Source: Escherichia phage PhaxI
Length of the DNA stretch: 64,000 nt
Reading direction: 5' to 3' (one strand)
Sequence record: JN673056
Shown one piece after another: positions 48,219 through 57,861 of this stretch (position 1 is the stretch's first letter; each line of letters begins with the position of its first letter). The notes beneath the pieces are model-generated. The model was not told where the DNA came from, did not search any database, and saw only the letters and a list, made by a program, of their open reading frames with translations. Position numbers and translations under genes: made by a program.

Positions 48219-48668
48219 ATGAAAACCTTTCTAGAATTTTATCGCGAATCAACGTTACCTGATTTTACGAATATCGTTTTGTATCATGGGTCTAATGTTG
48301 AATTCGATATATTTGATTTTGAAAAATTTGGCCAGACTGACTCTGGTACGATGGGTGCTGGATTTTACCTGACAGGGGATCCAGAAAAGGCACAGATCTA
48401 CGCAGAAAATGCCGTGCGCTATCGTCAATCTGGTGAACCTGTTGTCATGGCATTTCGTGTTAAGGCCAAGAAGACTCTTGTAATAGATTCCAACAATGTT
48501 TCGGTGTGGGAAAATAAAATGCGAGAGTTGGGGATAAAGCCTGGTAAGATACATGATAATGTGAAAGAACTTGTCAACAAAGGGTTCGATTCTATAGCCT
48601 CTATGAGTGCCAATAACGTTGAGGAAATGGTGGTGTTTAAGCCAGGGCTGGCGACCAGAGAAGCCTAA
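48219..48668 (+). CDS. hypothetical protein with ADP-ribosyltransferase-like motif arrangement (speculative)
   Basis: 149 aa; LYHGS ... GAGFYLT ... VEEMVVF spacing resembles H-Y-E class ADP-ribosyltransferases; CTAAATACCCC motif upstream. Confidence 0.35.
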   Translation: MKTFLEFYRESTLPDFTNIVLYHGSNVEFDIFDFEKFGQTDSGTMGAGFYLTGDPEKAQIYAENAVRYRQSGEPVVMAFRVKAKKTLVIDSNNVSVWENKMRELGIKPGKIHDNVKELVNKGFDSIASMSANNVEEMVVFKPGLATREA

Positions 48669-48703
48669 ATAGTCCAAAGCGGTTTATTCAAGAGGACATT
48701 ACC

Positions 48704-49162
48704 ATGCCAATTTCGAAATTATTTGAAGCGGATTCCCCAGCAGATATGCCTATCTGGACTGGTGTTCAAGACGGGACAACGATTGAATTCTTTGAGCGCG
48801 GGGAAACAGGCGCTGAAGAGATTTATGCTTCCGTACAAGGGACAGACGTCGTCCGCGCCGCCGTAGCTCTTGCTACATTTTTAGAGGACGCCCCGATTGA
48901 CGGTATCCCGTTTGAAGCCCATGTGGACCCAGAAGACCCGACGTCTATCATCATTACAGTCCAGGGTTCTGAATATACATCTTACAGTATTGAGCACGAT
49001 GAAGAAACAGGAGCGCTGTTTATAGCCACGGATCTTCAATTGGAAGATGACGAAATTGAATATCTGAAACAGAATGGTCGTCTTCCAGAGTACTCTGACG
49101 AAGAATTGGATTCAGCGTTTGACAACGTAGACGATGAAGACGACTTTTGGGATGGGAAATAA
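48704..49162 (+). CDS. highly acidic hypothetical protein
   Basis: 152 aa with Asp/Glu-rich C-terminus; SD AGAGGA. Confidence 0.5.
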   Translation: MPISKLFEADSPADMPIWTGVQDGTTIEFFERGETGAEEIYASVQGTDVVRAAVALATFLEDAPIDGIPFEAHVDPEDPTSIIITVQGSEYTSYSIEHDEETGALFIATDLQLEDDEIEYLKQNGRLPEYSDEELDSAFDNVDDEDDFWDGK

Positions 49163-49190
49163 ACAAAGGGGCATTAAGCCCCTTTGTTTT
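49161..49190. terminator. bidirectional hairpin terminator between convergent genes
   Basis: AAAGGGGC-ATTAA-GCCCCTTT hairpin followed by GTTTT. Confidence 0.55.
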
Positions 49191-49563
49191 AGATATCGTT
49201 TGTGTGTACTGTGAATCTCATTGTTACGACATCTGTTCTTTCATCCTTGTGTAATTCGAACTTCAAACCTTCCTTCAGAAGACTCGCCGCCAACAATGTT
49301 TTGAACTTTTCGACTTGCTTGTCTGTTGGGTATTTTTGAGACTTATATGCCTGTTGAAATGCTGTTAATATTTCGTCAAACCTGTTGCCACCAACAGCGT
49401 ACACCATGTCATCAATTTCAACTCCGCGATTTGCTTGGGAAACGAGTTGCTTCTTCATTTTGCAAACAAAGATATCAACGGCTTTTTCAACTATCCCCAT
49501 GGCTTCCCAAATCTGAGCCTGGTCAATCGTAGTCTGTAATTCTTGTGCGAAGTTTTTCATCAT
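49189..49563 (-). CDS. hypothetical protein
   Basis: 124-aa ORF. Confidence 0.5.
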   Translation of the reverse strand: MMKNFAQELQTTIDQAQIWEAMGIVEKAVDIFVCKMKKQLVSQANRGVEIDDMVYAVGGNRFDEILTAFQQAYKSQKYPTDKQVEKFKTLLAASLLKEGLKFELHKDERTDVVTMRFTVHTNDI

Positions 49564-50102
49564 TTCACCTTCCTCGTTGGATATTGGTTAAAGAGTTTGC
49601 CCAGCTTGGACACATTGATAATCGTCTGAGTCTTCCAGCGCTCGATCCCCTCTGGTGTAGTCACGGTTAGGATTGAATAACCCCATATATGGGAACCATT
49701 CAGCACAGCCGCGCTGTGCCCACCAATTTTGTCTTCTAGTTTACAAATGAAAGACTCATATTGCATCGCAGCGTTTCGACGTGCTTCTTTGACAAACAGA
49801 GCATGGCGCTCAGGATCAGCTTTGACAATATCCGGCTTCCCAGGTATGTAAGAAGGATTCACTGCCTGGGTCAAAGAACGGTAGAGCGCATGTTTTGATT
49901 TCATTCTTTGGTAATCTGGATCACCAAACTTGACACCAACCGAAGATGGCCACGGAGCGCACTTCTCGACGTCCCAGCCGTTGGATGCCAGATCGTCCAT
50001 TATGTTCTTGATGACTTTGTTCGCGTACTGCTCAGCAGCATTCTCAGCATCAACCAGCAGAGGCTCAACTGCGATACGGACAGGAGTTTTTGGCATATTC
50101 AT
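49560..50102 (-). CDS. hypothetical protein
   Basis: 180-aa ORF overlapping downstream gene by 4 nt. Confidence 0.5.
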   Translation of the reverse strand: MNMPKTPVRIAVEPLLVDAENAAEQYANKVIKNIMDDLASNGWDVEKCAPWPSSVGVKFGDPDYQRMKSKHALYRSLTQAVNPSYIPGKPDIVKADPERHALFVKEARRNAAMQYESFICKLEDKIGGHSAAVLNGSHIWGYSILTVTTPEGIERWKTQTIINVSKLGKLFNQYPTRKVK

Positions 50103-50150
50103 GATATAGTCCTTCAGTTCAAAGTAAGCCCCCGAAGGGGCTTTGTCATA

Positions 50151-50708
50151 TTAGAGGCGGGAATCCAACCATGCGTTCTTTTCATTCTGCCATTCCCAAG
50201 CGGCCTGACCACCAGCCATAATCACTTCCAGAGAAGGAGTATTGTCATCCTCGCCGCCGTGAAGATCTGGATCAAATCCATCATCTTCCGGATCATCTTC
50301 ACATTCGTTCTGATATGCGGAATATTCAATATAATGCGCTTCGGCTTCGCAATCCATGTCTCCCAGAGCAGTCTCAAGAGTCATTTTACCTTCGGCAATC
50401 AGCTCAGCCGTTGCGTCGTCCAGACCTGCGTCTTTCGCTTCAACAAAGAGTTCATGACGTTTCTGGAAGAGAAAGAATTGCATGGCGGCAGAACGTGAAT
50501 CAAAGAATTCTTGACGAGGAGCGGTGATATCACGCCCATCAATTTTACTTACCATCACGACACGAGAACCGTACTCAACCAGGAAGCGACCGCCTTTTAC
50601 GGGGTTGCTGCCGTCAACTGTGCCCAAAGTGGTGATTACACGGCCTTCTTCGGTGCCGAACAATACAGTTTTGCCGGATTTAGATTGAGCGATAATTTCG
50701 ATTGCCAT
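50151..50708 (-). CDS. hypothetical acidic protein
   Basis: 185 aa from ATG at 50708 with SD AAGGAAAT; GTTTAC-N17-TATACT element upstream. Confidence 0.5.
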   Translation of the reverse strand: MAIEIIAQSKSGKTVLFGTEEGRVITTLGTVDGSNPVKGGRFLVEYGSRVVMVSKIDGRDITAPRQEFFDSRSAAMQFFLFQKRHELFVEAKDAGLDDATAELIAEGKMTLETALGDMDCEAEAHYIEYSAYQNECEDDPEDDGFDPDLHGGEDDNTPSLEVIMAGGQAAWEWQNEKNAWLDSRL

Positions 50709-50756
50709 GATGTATTTCCTTCTCTTCAAATTGTTGTTTGTTCGTACTACAATTAG

Positions 50757-50785
50757 AAGTATACGCCAGTTATTGAAGAAGTAAA
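50757..50785 (-). promoter_or_regulatory. sigma70/T4-early-like promoter GTTTAC-N17-TATACT
   Basis: Same architecture and same TTCTTCAATAA spacer core as 4756-4784; upstream of the ATG at 50708. Confidence 0.4.
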
Positions 50786-50803
50786 CTTTATTCAATAAAT
50801 ATT

Positions 50804-51016
50804 TTAATAAATTTTGAACTCTGCTCCTTTGTACACTGCTGTCCCTCGTTCTATGAGGCCGTCGGGGACAACCACCTTTGTGGGCCATCCACCGTCCGGT
50901 GCCTTGACAGTCAGGCGTGTCTTATGATCACCCAGCTGAATCTGTTCGTAAATCCTTCCTCTTACTATCGTCGCCCCGCCTTGGGTGACGAGCAATCTCT
51001 TGTTTACCACTTTCAT
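50804..51016 (-). CDS. hypothetical small protein
   Basis: 70-aa ORF with ATG start. Confidence 0.3.
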   Translation of the reverse strand: MKVVNKRLLVTQGGATIVRGRIYEQIQLGDHKTRLTVKAPDGGWPTKVVVPDGLIERGTAVYKGAEFKIY

Positions 51017-51057
51017 TCCTTAACACCAAAAGAAAGGGGAGTTTCCTCCCCTCTAAC

Positions 51058-51690
51058 TTATTTCTTCAGATCAGGCCACGCACCAGAGGTCGCAGTAGAC
51101 CCAGCTGGGGGAGCAGACTCAAGATCGGGAGAACCCGACTGAGTAACAACAGTGGGATCTTTGTTAACCACTTTGACCCCAAACTGCTTGAGAGCATCCA
51201 CAGCTTGCGCCTTCCGGCTGTTGCTTTTGTAATGGTTATAACCCTTGATACCGAATGATGCACTAATTGCTGTCAATAACGAATAGGTATACCATTCAGG
51301 TGCGGTATCGAGCGCCTGGAGGCCGCCGATTACTGCTTTGATGAAATCCCCTTTATGATACTCATCAGGGAACAGAATTAGTTCCACAACCGGAGCAGTC
51401 ATGACGAGGATAGCGGGTACGGCCAACACGATAGTCCAGAATTCGTCTTTCCAAGACCCGCCGACTTCGGTGATCTTAGACAGCTCCCAATCTGAGGAGG
51501 ACTTGATAGCCTCTAGCTTGACATCGTGTTTGGCCTGAACAACTTCCCGCTTGTATTGGATCAAATCAGTCCCGAGGTTCCAGAGTTGCTTGAGCGCCCC
51601 TGGGATCATACTCACAAAGGGGATTGCCATAATAAACTCCTTGGTCATTGAACGTTCCTCGGCTAAATTACGGGGACGTGCTAACGGCAC
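51058..51690 (-). CDS. membrane protein (start uncertain)
   Basis: 210-aa ORF with hydrophobic segments. Confidence 0.45.
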   Translation of the reverse strand: MPLARPRNLAEERSMTKEFIMAIPFVSMIPGALKQLWNLGTDLIQYKREVVQAKHDVKLEAIKSSSDWELSKITEVGGSWKDEFWTIVLAVPAILVMTAPVVELILFPDEYHKGDFIKAVIGGLQALDTAPEWYTYSLLTAISASFGIKGYNHYKSNSRKAQAVDALKQFGVKVVNKDPTVVTQSGSPDLESAPPAGSTATSGAWPDLKK

Positions 51691-51709
51691 GGTTAACCGG
51701 AGACAAACA

Positions 51710-54706
51710 ATGACTGTTTTCTATACGAACGTTGCCCGACAGGGTAACGACCTTCTGATTCGTATTGCAGACGACAACGGCAATCGCCGTATGTTGCGTA
51801 AGAAATTCGAACCCACCTTGTATTTACCCACAGCCGATTATTCCAAAGTTGAAAAGATTGGCCTCCTCAATGAACCGTTGGTGTCTAAAAAATTTGCGTC
51901 AATGCGTGACGCCGACAACTATCTGGAGGAATATAAGGAGGTCGAAGGCGCTGCCGTTTACGGACAAACGGATTATGCATATCAATTCATAGCGCATAGT
52001 TTTCCTGGGATGATTACCCCCGATTACTCAAATATTCACATCGCCAACGTGGATATCGAAGTTTTCTCGGCTGGGTGGCGCGATGGAGAAATGACTAAAG
52101 GCCCATTTCCTCACGCGACGATTGAATCCCACACGTTTAAGGGGAGTGAGGCGCGTGTTCGCCGATTCCATAAGCAAGTGTTGGCCAACCATGATTTCGT
52201 TCGAGAGCATTTCCCAGGTTCCTTTATTTCCAACAACGTGACTGACCAGTTCCCTATCATTGATAGTAATGGTAAGATCACACAGAACATGAATGCCGCC
52301 TTCCCTATTACGCTCATCCAGCTTCAAGACATGAACACCAACAAGTTCTATGTCTGGGGTATGCCGTGTTCTAAGGATCGCCATAAATTCAAATATGATC
52401 CAAATGATGAAGAGATAGGTGGTCTTGAGGTTGAATACAAAGAATACACGACTGAACAAGAACTTCTTCGCGCCTTCTTAGATTATTGGTCTGAACGTCA
52501 ATTTGATGGTTGGACTGGCTGGAACATCGAAACGTTTGATAGCCCGTACTTGGTTGAACGTATTACGCAGGTTCTCGGCGAAACCCAGGCAGAGCGCCTC
52601 AGTCCTTGGGGCAAACTCAAGAAACGTTTCATCAAAGACCGTAAAGGCGACGTGACTTCTTATCAATTCGTGGGTTGTCCTATGATGGACTACATGCAAG
52701 TTTACAAGAAACACACGTACACAACCCGCGAAAAATACTCACTGGATTGGATCGCTTATTGTGAACTCGGTGAGAAGAAGTTGGATTATAGTGAAAGCAA
52801 GTCATTGTATGATCTATATTTTAATGATTATTGCAAACACACCCGATATGGTATCAAAGACGTCAAACTCGTGTGGCGTTTAGAACAAAAGCTGCGTTTG
52901 ATACAGCTGATGTTCGTATTGGCGTATCGCACCAAATCTAACTATGAAGACGGTCTTGGGACTGTAGCACCATGGCTGGCGATGTGTTACTATCGTCTTT
53001 ATGAAAAGGGGATTGTCCCTAAAATACAGCGTGTGTATGATGGTCCAACGGACTTTGAAGGCGCATATGTCATGGAGGTTGCACCAGGGATATATTTCTG
53101 GGTATTCTCTGAGGACTTAAACTCCCTGTATCCCCACATCATACAGCAATACAACCTTGGTCCTGAGACTATCGTATCTGACAAGCACACACGTCGCGAT
53201 ATCATTGAGTCCATGTGTGAGGAATTAACCAAAGCGATGAATGATATGACAACGCCTATGAACAAGCGCCGTCATCTCAAAAATCTTCACGACAAGCTGC
53301 AGCGTGCTATTGATGAACGCATACAAGTTGTTGATGAATTGGTCGCGCTGGGTGAATTCCATTTTGAAACATTACGTCGATATAACGTTTCGTTTACCCC
53401 GAACGTTCAGTTCTTCAGTAATGAGAAGATGTCTTTCCTTTCCGAAATTATGCGAGGCATATACGCTGACCGTAAAGGAGAGAAAGCAACTGGCCTGAAG
53501 TATGAGCAATGGGCTGGTTGGTGTAAGGAAATGTCTAAAGGTGATTTCCACCTTGAATCTGCCATGAAGTCTCGTTTCTACGATCCTGAATGGTATGAAG
53601 AACACAAGCATATCGACCTTGATCACCTGACTGAAGTCATGCACAAGTGGGAAGATTTGGGAGTTGCCCAAGATACGTTACAACAAGGTCTGAAGATCTT
53701 GATGAACGCAGGATATGGTGCAATTTCTAACGTCTGGTTTAAAGAATACTTCAACATCAACATCGCTGAAGCAATTACCACTTCCGGCCAGCTGATCAAT
53801 AAATGGAACAAACGCCACACTGATGATTATCTGAACAAACTTTGTGGTACTACTGGTCAGGATTTTGTTATCGCAGGTGATACAGACTCCAACTACATTT
53901 GCATTGAACGCCTGGTCAAGCAATTGTGGCCTGAAGAAAAGGACCATCACAAACTCGTTGATAACATTGACCAATGGATCAAAGAGAATTACCAGCCAAA
54001 AACCAGTGAATGGGCGCAGTTGTTGTGTAATACCATGAACGGGTTTGAGCAGCGCATGGTCTGGGAACGTGAGGTCATCGCATCGTCTGCTGTATGGCGA
54101 GCCAAGAAGATGTATTGCATGGCAGTATACGATAGCGAAGGCATCAAGTATGAGAAACCAAAGATCAAATTCAAAGGTCTGGAAGCGCGTAAATCTACAA
54201 CGCCGGAATGGTGTCGTGAGCGTCTTGTCAAATGTTATGAGAAAGTCCTGCTCGGTACTGAGGCGGAGGTTCAGGAATTAATCGCTGGATACAAAAAGGA
54301 ATATATGGAACTCACCGTGGATGATATCGCTCAGGCATCTGGTGTGAGCGATATTGAGAAGTGGTTAGACGCGAACGGGAATTACATCAGCGGTACGCAC
54401 TTTGCTGCCAAGGCTTGTATTATGTACAACAAGCTGATCGATAAGCACGAAGATCTCGGTCTTCCGCCTATCGAATCCGGTGATAAGGTTAAAATCATCA
54501 ACCTGAAACCTGGCAATCCTGTGGGGAATGATCGCATAGCCTTCCCTGACTTCCTTCCTCCAGAATTGGGATTGGATAAATGGGTGGATTACCACACCAC
54601 GTTTGAAAAGACCTTTATAGAGCCAATTCAGTCTATCTTGGATGTGGTTGGTTGGTCTCATAAACGTCGAGTTAATCTGTTGTCCATGATGGGCAAGAAA
54701 GGTTGA
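51710..54706 (+). CDS. gp43: DNA polymerase, family B, T4 gp43-like
   Basis: 998 aa from ATG at 51710 with SD GGAG; N-terminus MTVFYTNVARQGNDLLIRIADDNGNRRM...KKFASMRDADNYL parallels T4 gp43 MKEFYISIETVGNNIVERYIDENGKER...QKFPSMKDARDWM. Confidence 0.9.
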   Translation: MTVFYTNVARQGNDLLIRIADDNGNRRMLRKKFEPTLYLPTADYSKVEKIGLLNEPLVSKKFASMRDADNYLEEYKEVEGAAVYGQTDYAYQFIAHSFPGMITPDYSNIHIANVDIEVFSAGWRDGEMTKGPFPHATIESHTFKGSEARVRRFHKQVLANHDFVREHFPGSFISNNVTDQFPIIDSNGKITQNMNAAFPITLIQLQDMNTNKFYVWGMPCSKDRHKFKYDPNDEEIGGLEVEYKEYTTEQELLRAFLDYWSERQFDGWTGWNIETFDSPYLVERITQVLGETQAERLSPWGKLKKRFIKDRKGDVTSYQFVGCPMMDYMQVYKKHTYTTREKYSLDWIAYCELGEKKLDYSESKSLYDLYFNDYCKHTRYGIKDVKLVWRLEQKLRLIQLMFVLAYRTKSNYEDGLGTVAPWLAMCYYRLYEKGIVPKIQRVYDGPTDFEGAYVMEVAPGIYFWVFSEDLNSLYPHIIQQYNLGPETIVSDKHTRRDIIESMCEELTKAMNDMTTPMNKRRHLKNLHDKLQRAIDERIQVVDELVALGEFHFETLRRYNVSFTPNVQFFSNEKMSFLSEIMRGIYADRKGEKATGLKYEQWAGWCKEMSKGDFHLESAMKSRFYDPEWYEEHKHIDLDHLTEVMHKWEDLGVAQDTLQQGLKILMNAGYGAISNVWFKEYFNINIAEAITTSGQLINKWNKRHTDDYLNKLCGTTGQDFVIAGDTDSNYICIERLVKQLWPEEKDHHKLVDNIDQWIKENYQPKTSEWAQLLCNTMNGFEQRMVWEREVIASSAVWRAKKMYCMAVYDSEGIKYEKPKIKFKGLEARKSTTPEWCRERLVKCYEKVLLGTEAEVQELIAGYKKEYMELTVDDIAQASGVSDIEKWLDANGNYISGTHFAAKACIMYNKLIDKHEDLGLPPIESGDKVKIINLKPGNPVGNDRIAFPDFLPPELGLDKWVDYHTTFEKTFIEPIQSILDVVGWSHKRRVNLLSMMGKKG

Positions 54707-54766
54707 TTCAATAAACCAAAGGGGGATATAATTCCCCCTGTTATCCCTTTGACAACAGGTATTGTT

Positions 54767-55108
54767 ATGAAACTCAATAAGATTCTTCTGGTGTGTGCTC
54801 TGGCTTTCTCTACCACTGCATGCTCTACCCTTCTGGACGTTGCGTCTACTGTTGACCTCGATGCGCCGACGTTCACCAATCAGCAAGCGGTGAATAAGAT
54901 GGAAGACACCATCAAAGCACATGCAGCTTTGGACAACACCACTCCTGGTCCGTTGCAAACTGTTTGCAATTATGATGATTCCATCCAGGAAGATGAAACC
55001 TATCACTGCACCACTTACGTGAAGGAATCTTCTGTGGTTCTGTATGCAGATTGCACAGAGAGCATGCACGCAACTGGTTATGATCAAGTGGAGAAGTCTG
55101 ATGAATAA
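54767..55108 (+). CDS. putative secreted/lipoprotein
   Basis: MKLNKILLVCALAFSTTACS signal-like N-terminus from ATG at 54767. Confidence 0.45.
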   Translation: MKLNKILLVCALAFSTTACSTLLDVASTVDLDAPTFTNQQAVNKMEDTIKAHAALDNTTPGPLQTVCNYDDSIQEDETYHCTTYVKESSVVLYADCTESMHATGYDQVEKSDE

Positions 55109-55883
55109 TCATGTTGGTCTGTATGATGCCAATTCTAAAATCGGTGGAATGTATCGTATCCTGGTAGACGTAGACTTGACTTTGGTTGATAGCCTCTCCC
55201 CTTGGGTGGATTGGTTTAATATTTCCAATTCAAAAGCTGCTGCGGAAAACATGGGTTGTCACGACTACCCATCTGAATTTCAACCAATCACCAAAGAGTG
55301 CTATATGTCACACGCTGGTGATCTGGCGATCCTCATGCGGGAACGCGCTCACCCAGCATGGTTGACACGCCGTGTGTTTGTTGCTGGTCAATGGATGGAT
55401 TCACCTACAGGACGTGATCCTATGGATTGGTGGCGCATGCCGGACCTGTATGCCAAGATGAACCCGCTTCCAGGCGCTTACGAGTTCCTGGTGAATCTGA
55501 AGAAGATCCTACTCGAAGACTTTGAAAATGTTGAATTGATCGCAGTATCTAAGTGTGAGCCAGAACACGAGCGCAGCAAGCGCCAGTTTGTCTATGACAA
55601 GTTCCCTGGCATCTTCAACGGGTTTGTCAGCACCGACGAAAAGCATCTTTTGGCAGGTGATGTTTTAATTGATGATAACCCGAAATACGTTGAACCCTGT
55701 GCGATGAACAATATTTTTGTCATCTTTGTTCCTCAGGGAAATTATGAAAAACTGGATCTTTCGAACTCGGAAGATATGCTTTATATTAAACCAGTAGAAG
55801 GCCAGAACCACTTCGACTTCCTGAACCGCAATATTGTCGAAGTGGTGAATCGCCTGATTGGCCATTATCAATACGTCCGTTGA
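55101..55883 (+). CDS. HAD-superfamily phosphatase-like protein
   Basis: ATG at 55101 overlapping upstream stop; YRILVDVDLTLVD contains the HAD DxDxT motif. Confidence 0.5.
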   Translation: MNNHVGLYDANSKIGGMYRILVDVDLTLVDSLSPWVDWFNISNSKAAAENMGCHDYPSEFQPITKECYMSHAGDLAILMRERAHPAWLTRRVFVAGQWMDSPTGRDPMDWWRMPDLYAKMNPLPGAYEFLVNLKKILLEDFENVELIAVSKCEPEHERSKRQFVYDKFPGIFNGFVSTDEKHLLAGDVLIDDNPKYVEPCAMNNIFVIFVPQGNYEKLDLSNSEDMLYIKPVEGQNHFDFLNRNIVEVVNRLIGHYQYVR

Positions 55884-56196
55884 GGAGGACATCGTGCAAG
55901 AACAATCCAAGTTTGGGAACCCAGACAAGCGTTCAGGTGATAGCGATATGGATGGCGTTATTATCCATGTGAACAACTTCATTCGTAAACAAACCACACC
56001 CACTTCCGTTGGTGCGGCGCTGGAGTTAAAGCGTGTTCTGATAGAGAACGGTATGGCACCAGATGACGATGAAATTTTCTATAACTTTGAAGACCAGTAT
56101 AAAGTGAAGTTTGTAGAAAACGAACGTCCACAGGTTGCTGTTTTCTGGTCTCCCTGGTTGGGCGGTGTGAGCTGGCGTATTGAGGAAGATGCATAA
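55858..56196 (+). CDS. hypothetical protein
   Basis: 112-aa ORF; start uncertain. Confidence 0.35.
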   Translation: MAIINTSVEEDIVQEQSKFGNPDKRSGDSDMDGVIIHVNNFIRKQTTPTSVGAALELKRVLIENGMAPDDDEIFYNFEDQYKVKFVENERPQVAVFWSPWLGGVSWRIEEDA

Positions 56197-57101
56197 TGGC
56201 TAAAATAATTGTAGTGAAAGGAACATCTGGCACGGGTAAAGGCACCCGTGTTGTTCAGTTCATCGAATGGCTCCGCACTAAGCTGGAGCCTACTGAACTC
56301 ACCTACACCATTGGTGACAAGACGCGCCCATTCGGCCTGAAATTCGAAGAGCTGAAGTTAATCTTCGTTGGCCAGTATACTGTGTCCAACAAATCCGGTC
56401 TGGCTTCCTGGACTTCCATGGATGCTATTCATGCTGCCACAGGCTCGGGTGATATCGCCCGTGATCTGGTCAAAGGCTGGCTGGCTCAGGGTTACACTTT
56501 GGTGTGCGAGGGTGAACCCCTCATGCTATCGGATAAATGGCGTCCTGAATGGATGTTCAAGAACTATCCGATTGAATCTCTGGCGTTGCTTTATTTTGCA
56601 TACCCAGACCGCTATCAGTATGATGCACGCATCCGTGGTCGCTCTGGTAAGGAAGCAGGGGACTCCGGCTGGTCACGCAACGAATCTTACTCCAAGGAGT
56701 TTGAGAAGTCGAAGACTGAAATGCTGGTGCTGGGTTGGGAAGTGGTGGTCAATGACTACAGCGGGCAAGACGTGTTGTATCGTCAATCGCCTACAAACAC
56801 TCAAGAATTCAAAACAGGAAATGATAGCGAATTAGCCATGATGCCGTTTGATGCACCTTTGTGGGTGATTGGCAACGCTATTCATCATCAAATGCGTGGT
56901 GAGTTTCACGCCATGGGTCTGGACATCAAAGATTTCTACGGATTCTGTGAAACTGACCCAATGACGCGTGAAGTCGGTGGGGATGATCCTCTAGCGCATC
57001 GAGTCCCTGAGAAGGCGACCAAATCTAAAACCAAGGCGAGCGCCAAGGGAGAGGTAACAAAGTCCTCTGTATCCCTTCTCGGCCTGTTGAGTAAGGGTTA
57101 G
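56196..57101 (+). CDS. P-loop kinase-like protein, candidate DNA/nucleotide kinase
   Basis: 301 aa; N-terminal Walker A VVKGTSGTGKGT; SD GAGGAAGA. Confidence 0.5.
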   Translation: MAKIIVVKGTSGTGKGTRVVQFIEWLRTKLEPTELTYTIGDKTRPFGLKFEELKLIFVGQYTVSNKSGLASWTSMDAIHAATGSGDIARDLVKGWLAQGYTLVCEGEPLMLSDKWRPEWMFKNYPIESLALLYFAYPDRYQYDARIRGRSGKEAGDSGWSRNESYSKEFEKSKTEMLVLGWEVVVNDYSGQDVLYRQSPTNTQEFKTGNDSELAMMPFDAPLWVIGNAIHHQMRGEFHAMGLDIKDFYGFCETDPMTREVGGDDPLAHRVPEKATKSKTKASAKGEVTKSSVSLLGLLSKG

Positions 57102-57103
57102 AA

Positions 57104-57307
57104 ATGAAACAGATGTCTAAATATTTTGTGTTCGTCGGATTGGTGATGTGTATCACAGCTGTGCTTGTCGGTGTCATGAAATATTTGGGCATCGTTGAGT
57201 TGGATTCAACCGAAATATTGAACGTTTACGCGTTATATTATTTGGGGGGTGCTATCTTATTAACGCCTTTCGTCTATAACATAATTCAGAGTTTCAAAAG
57301 GAATTAA
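57104..57307 (+). CDS. small membrane protein
   Basis: 67 aa, two hydrophobic helices. Confidence 0.4.
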   Translation: MKQMSKYFVFVGLVMCITAVLVGVMKYLGIVELDSTEILNVYALYYLGGAILLTPFVYNIIQSFKRN

Positions 57308-57308
57308 A

Positions 57309-57695
57309 ATGAAAATCCTCATTCCACGCAACGTTGTCGCTGTTGCTATTGATTACCGTGGTGATGCGAAGATGATTAACGCTGTCCGTTATTATCCGGA
57401 ACAGAATAAAATCGTCCCACAATTTCAACTGAATACCAATCCTTCTTCTAAGGATTTCGGTTCTTGGCGTCAAGTGGGTTTGGCTCGTACTCAGGTCAAT
57501 GCCCAGCATTTTATTTCCGAAAAGACGAAAACCGCCAAGCAAATTTGGTGGGTGACGAATGATCGTCGTTTCCTGCCTATCTGGTCTCTGGGACAGCCCG
57601 TAGTAAGCCCCGAAGAAATTCAGCTGGCTCCCGAAGCTGAGCCTGAAGTTGTTTCTCCTGTAGAGGAAGTGAAAGATGAAAATCAAGCATGTTGA
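57309..57695 (+). CDS. hypothetical protein
   Basis: 128-aa ORF. Confidence 0.45.
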   Translation: MKILIPRNVVAVAIDYRGDAKMINAVRYYPEQNKIVPQFQLNTNPSSKDFGSWRQVGLARTQVNAQHFISEKTKTAKQIWWVTNDRRFLPIWSLGQPVVSPEEIQLAPEAEPEVVSPVEEVKDENQAC

Positions 57696-57861
57696 TTTTA
57701 TCTTCATGATGCTGATGTTCGTTATCTTTACGGTTTCGCTGGTCGGCGTCATGGTCACAGAAGGGGTGCAACAGCGCCCATTCTTGGTGATCTGTCCAGT
57801 ATCGATCGCCACTTTCTTCTATCTGGCGTTCCGTGTTGAACTCGGGAGTAAAATCGGATGA
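57676..57861 (+). CDS. small membrane protein
   Basis: 61 aa, hydrophobic. Confidence 0.35.
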   Translation: MKIKHVDFIFMMLMFVIFTVSLVGVMVTEGVQQRPFLVICPVSIATFFYLAFRVELGSKIG

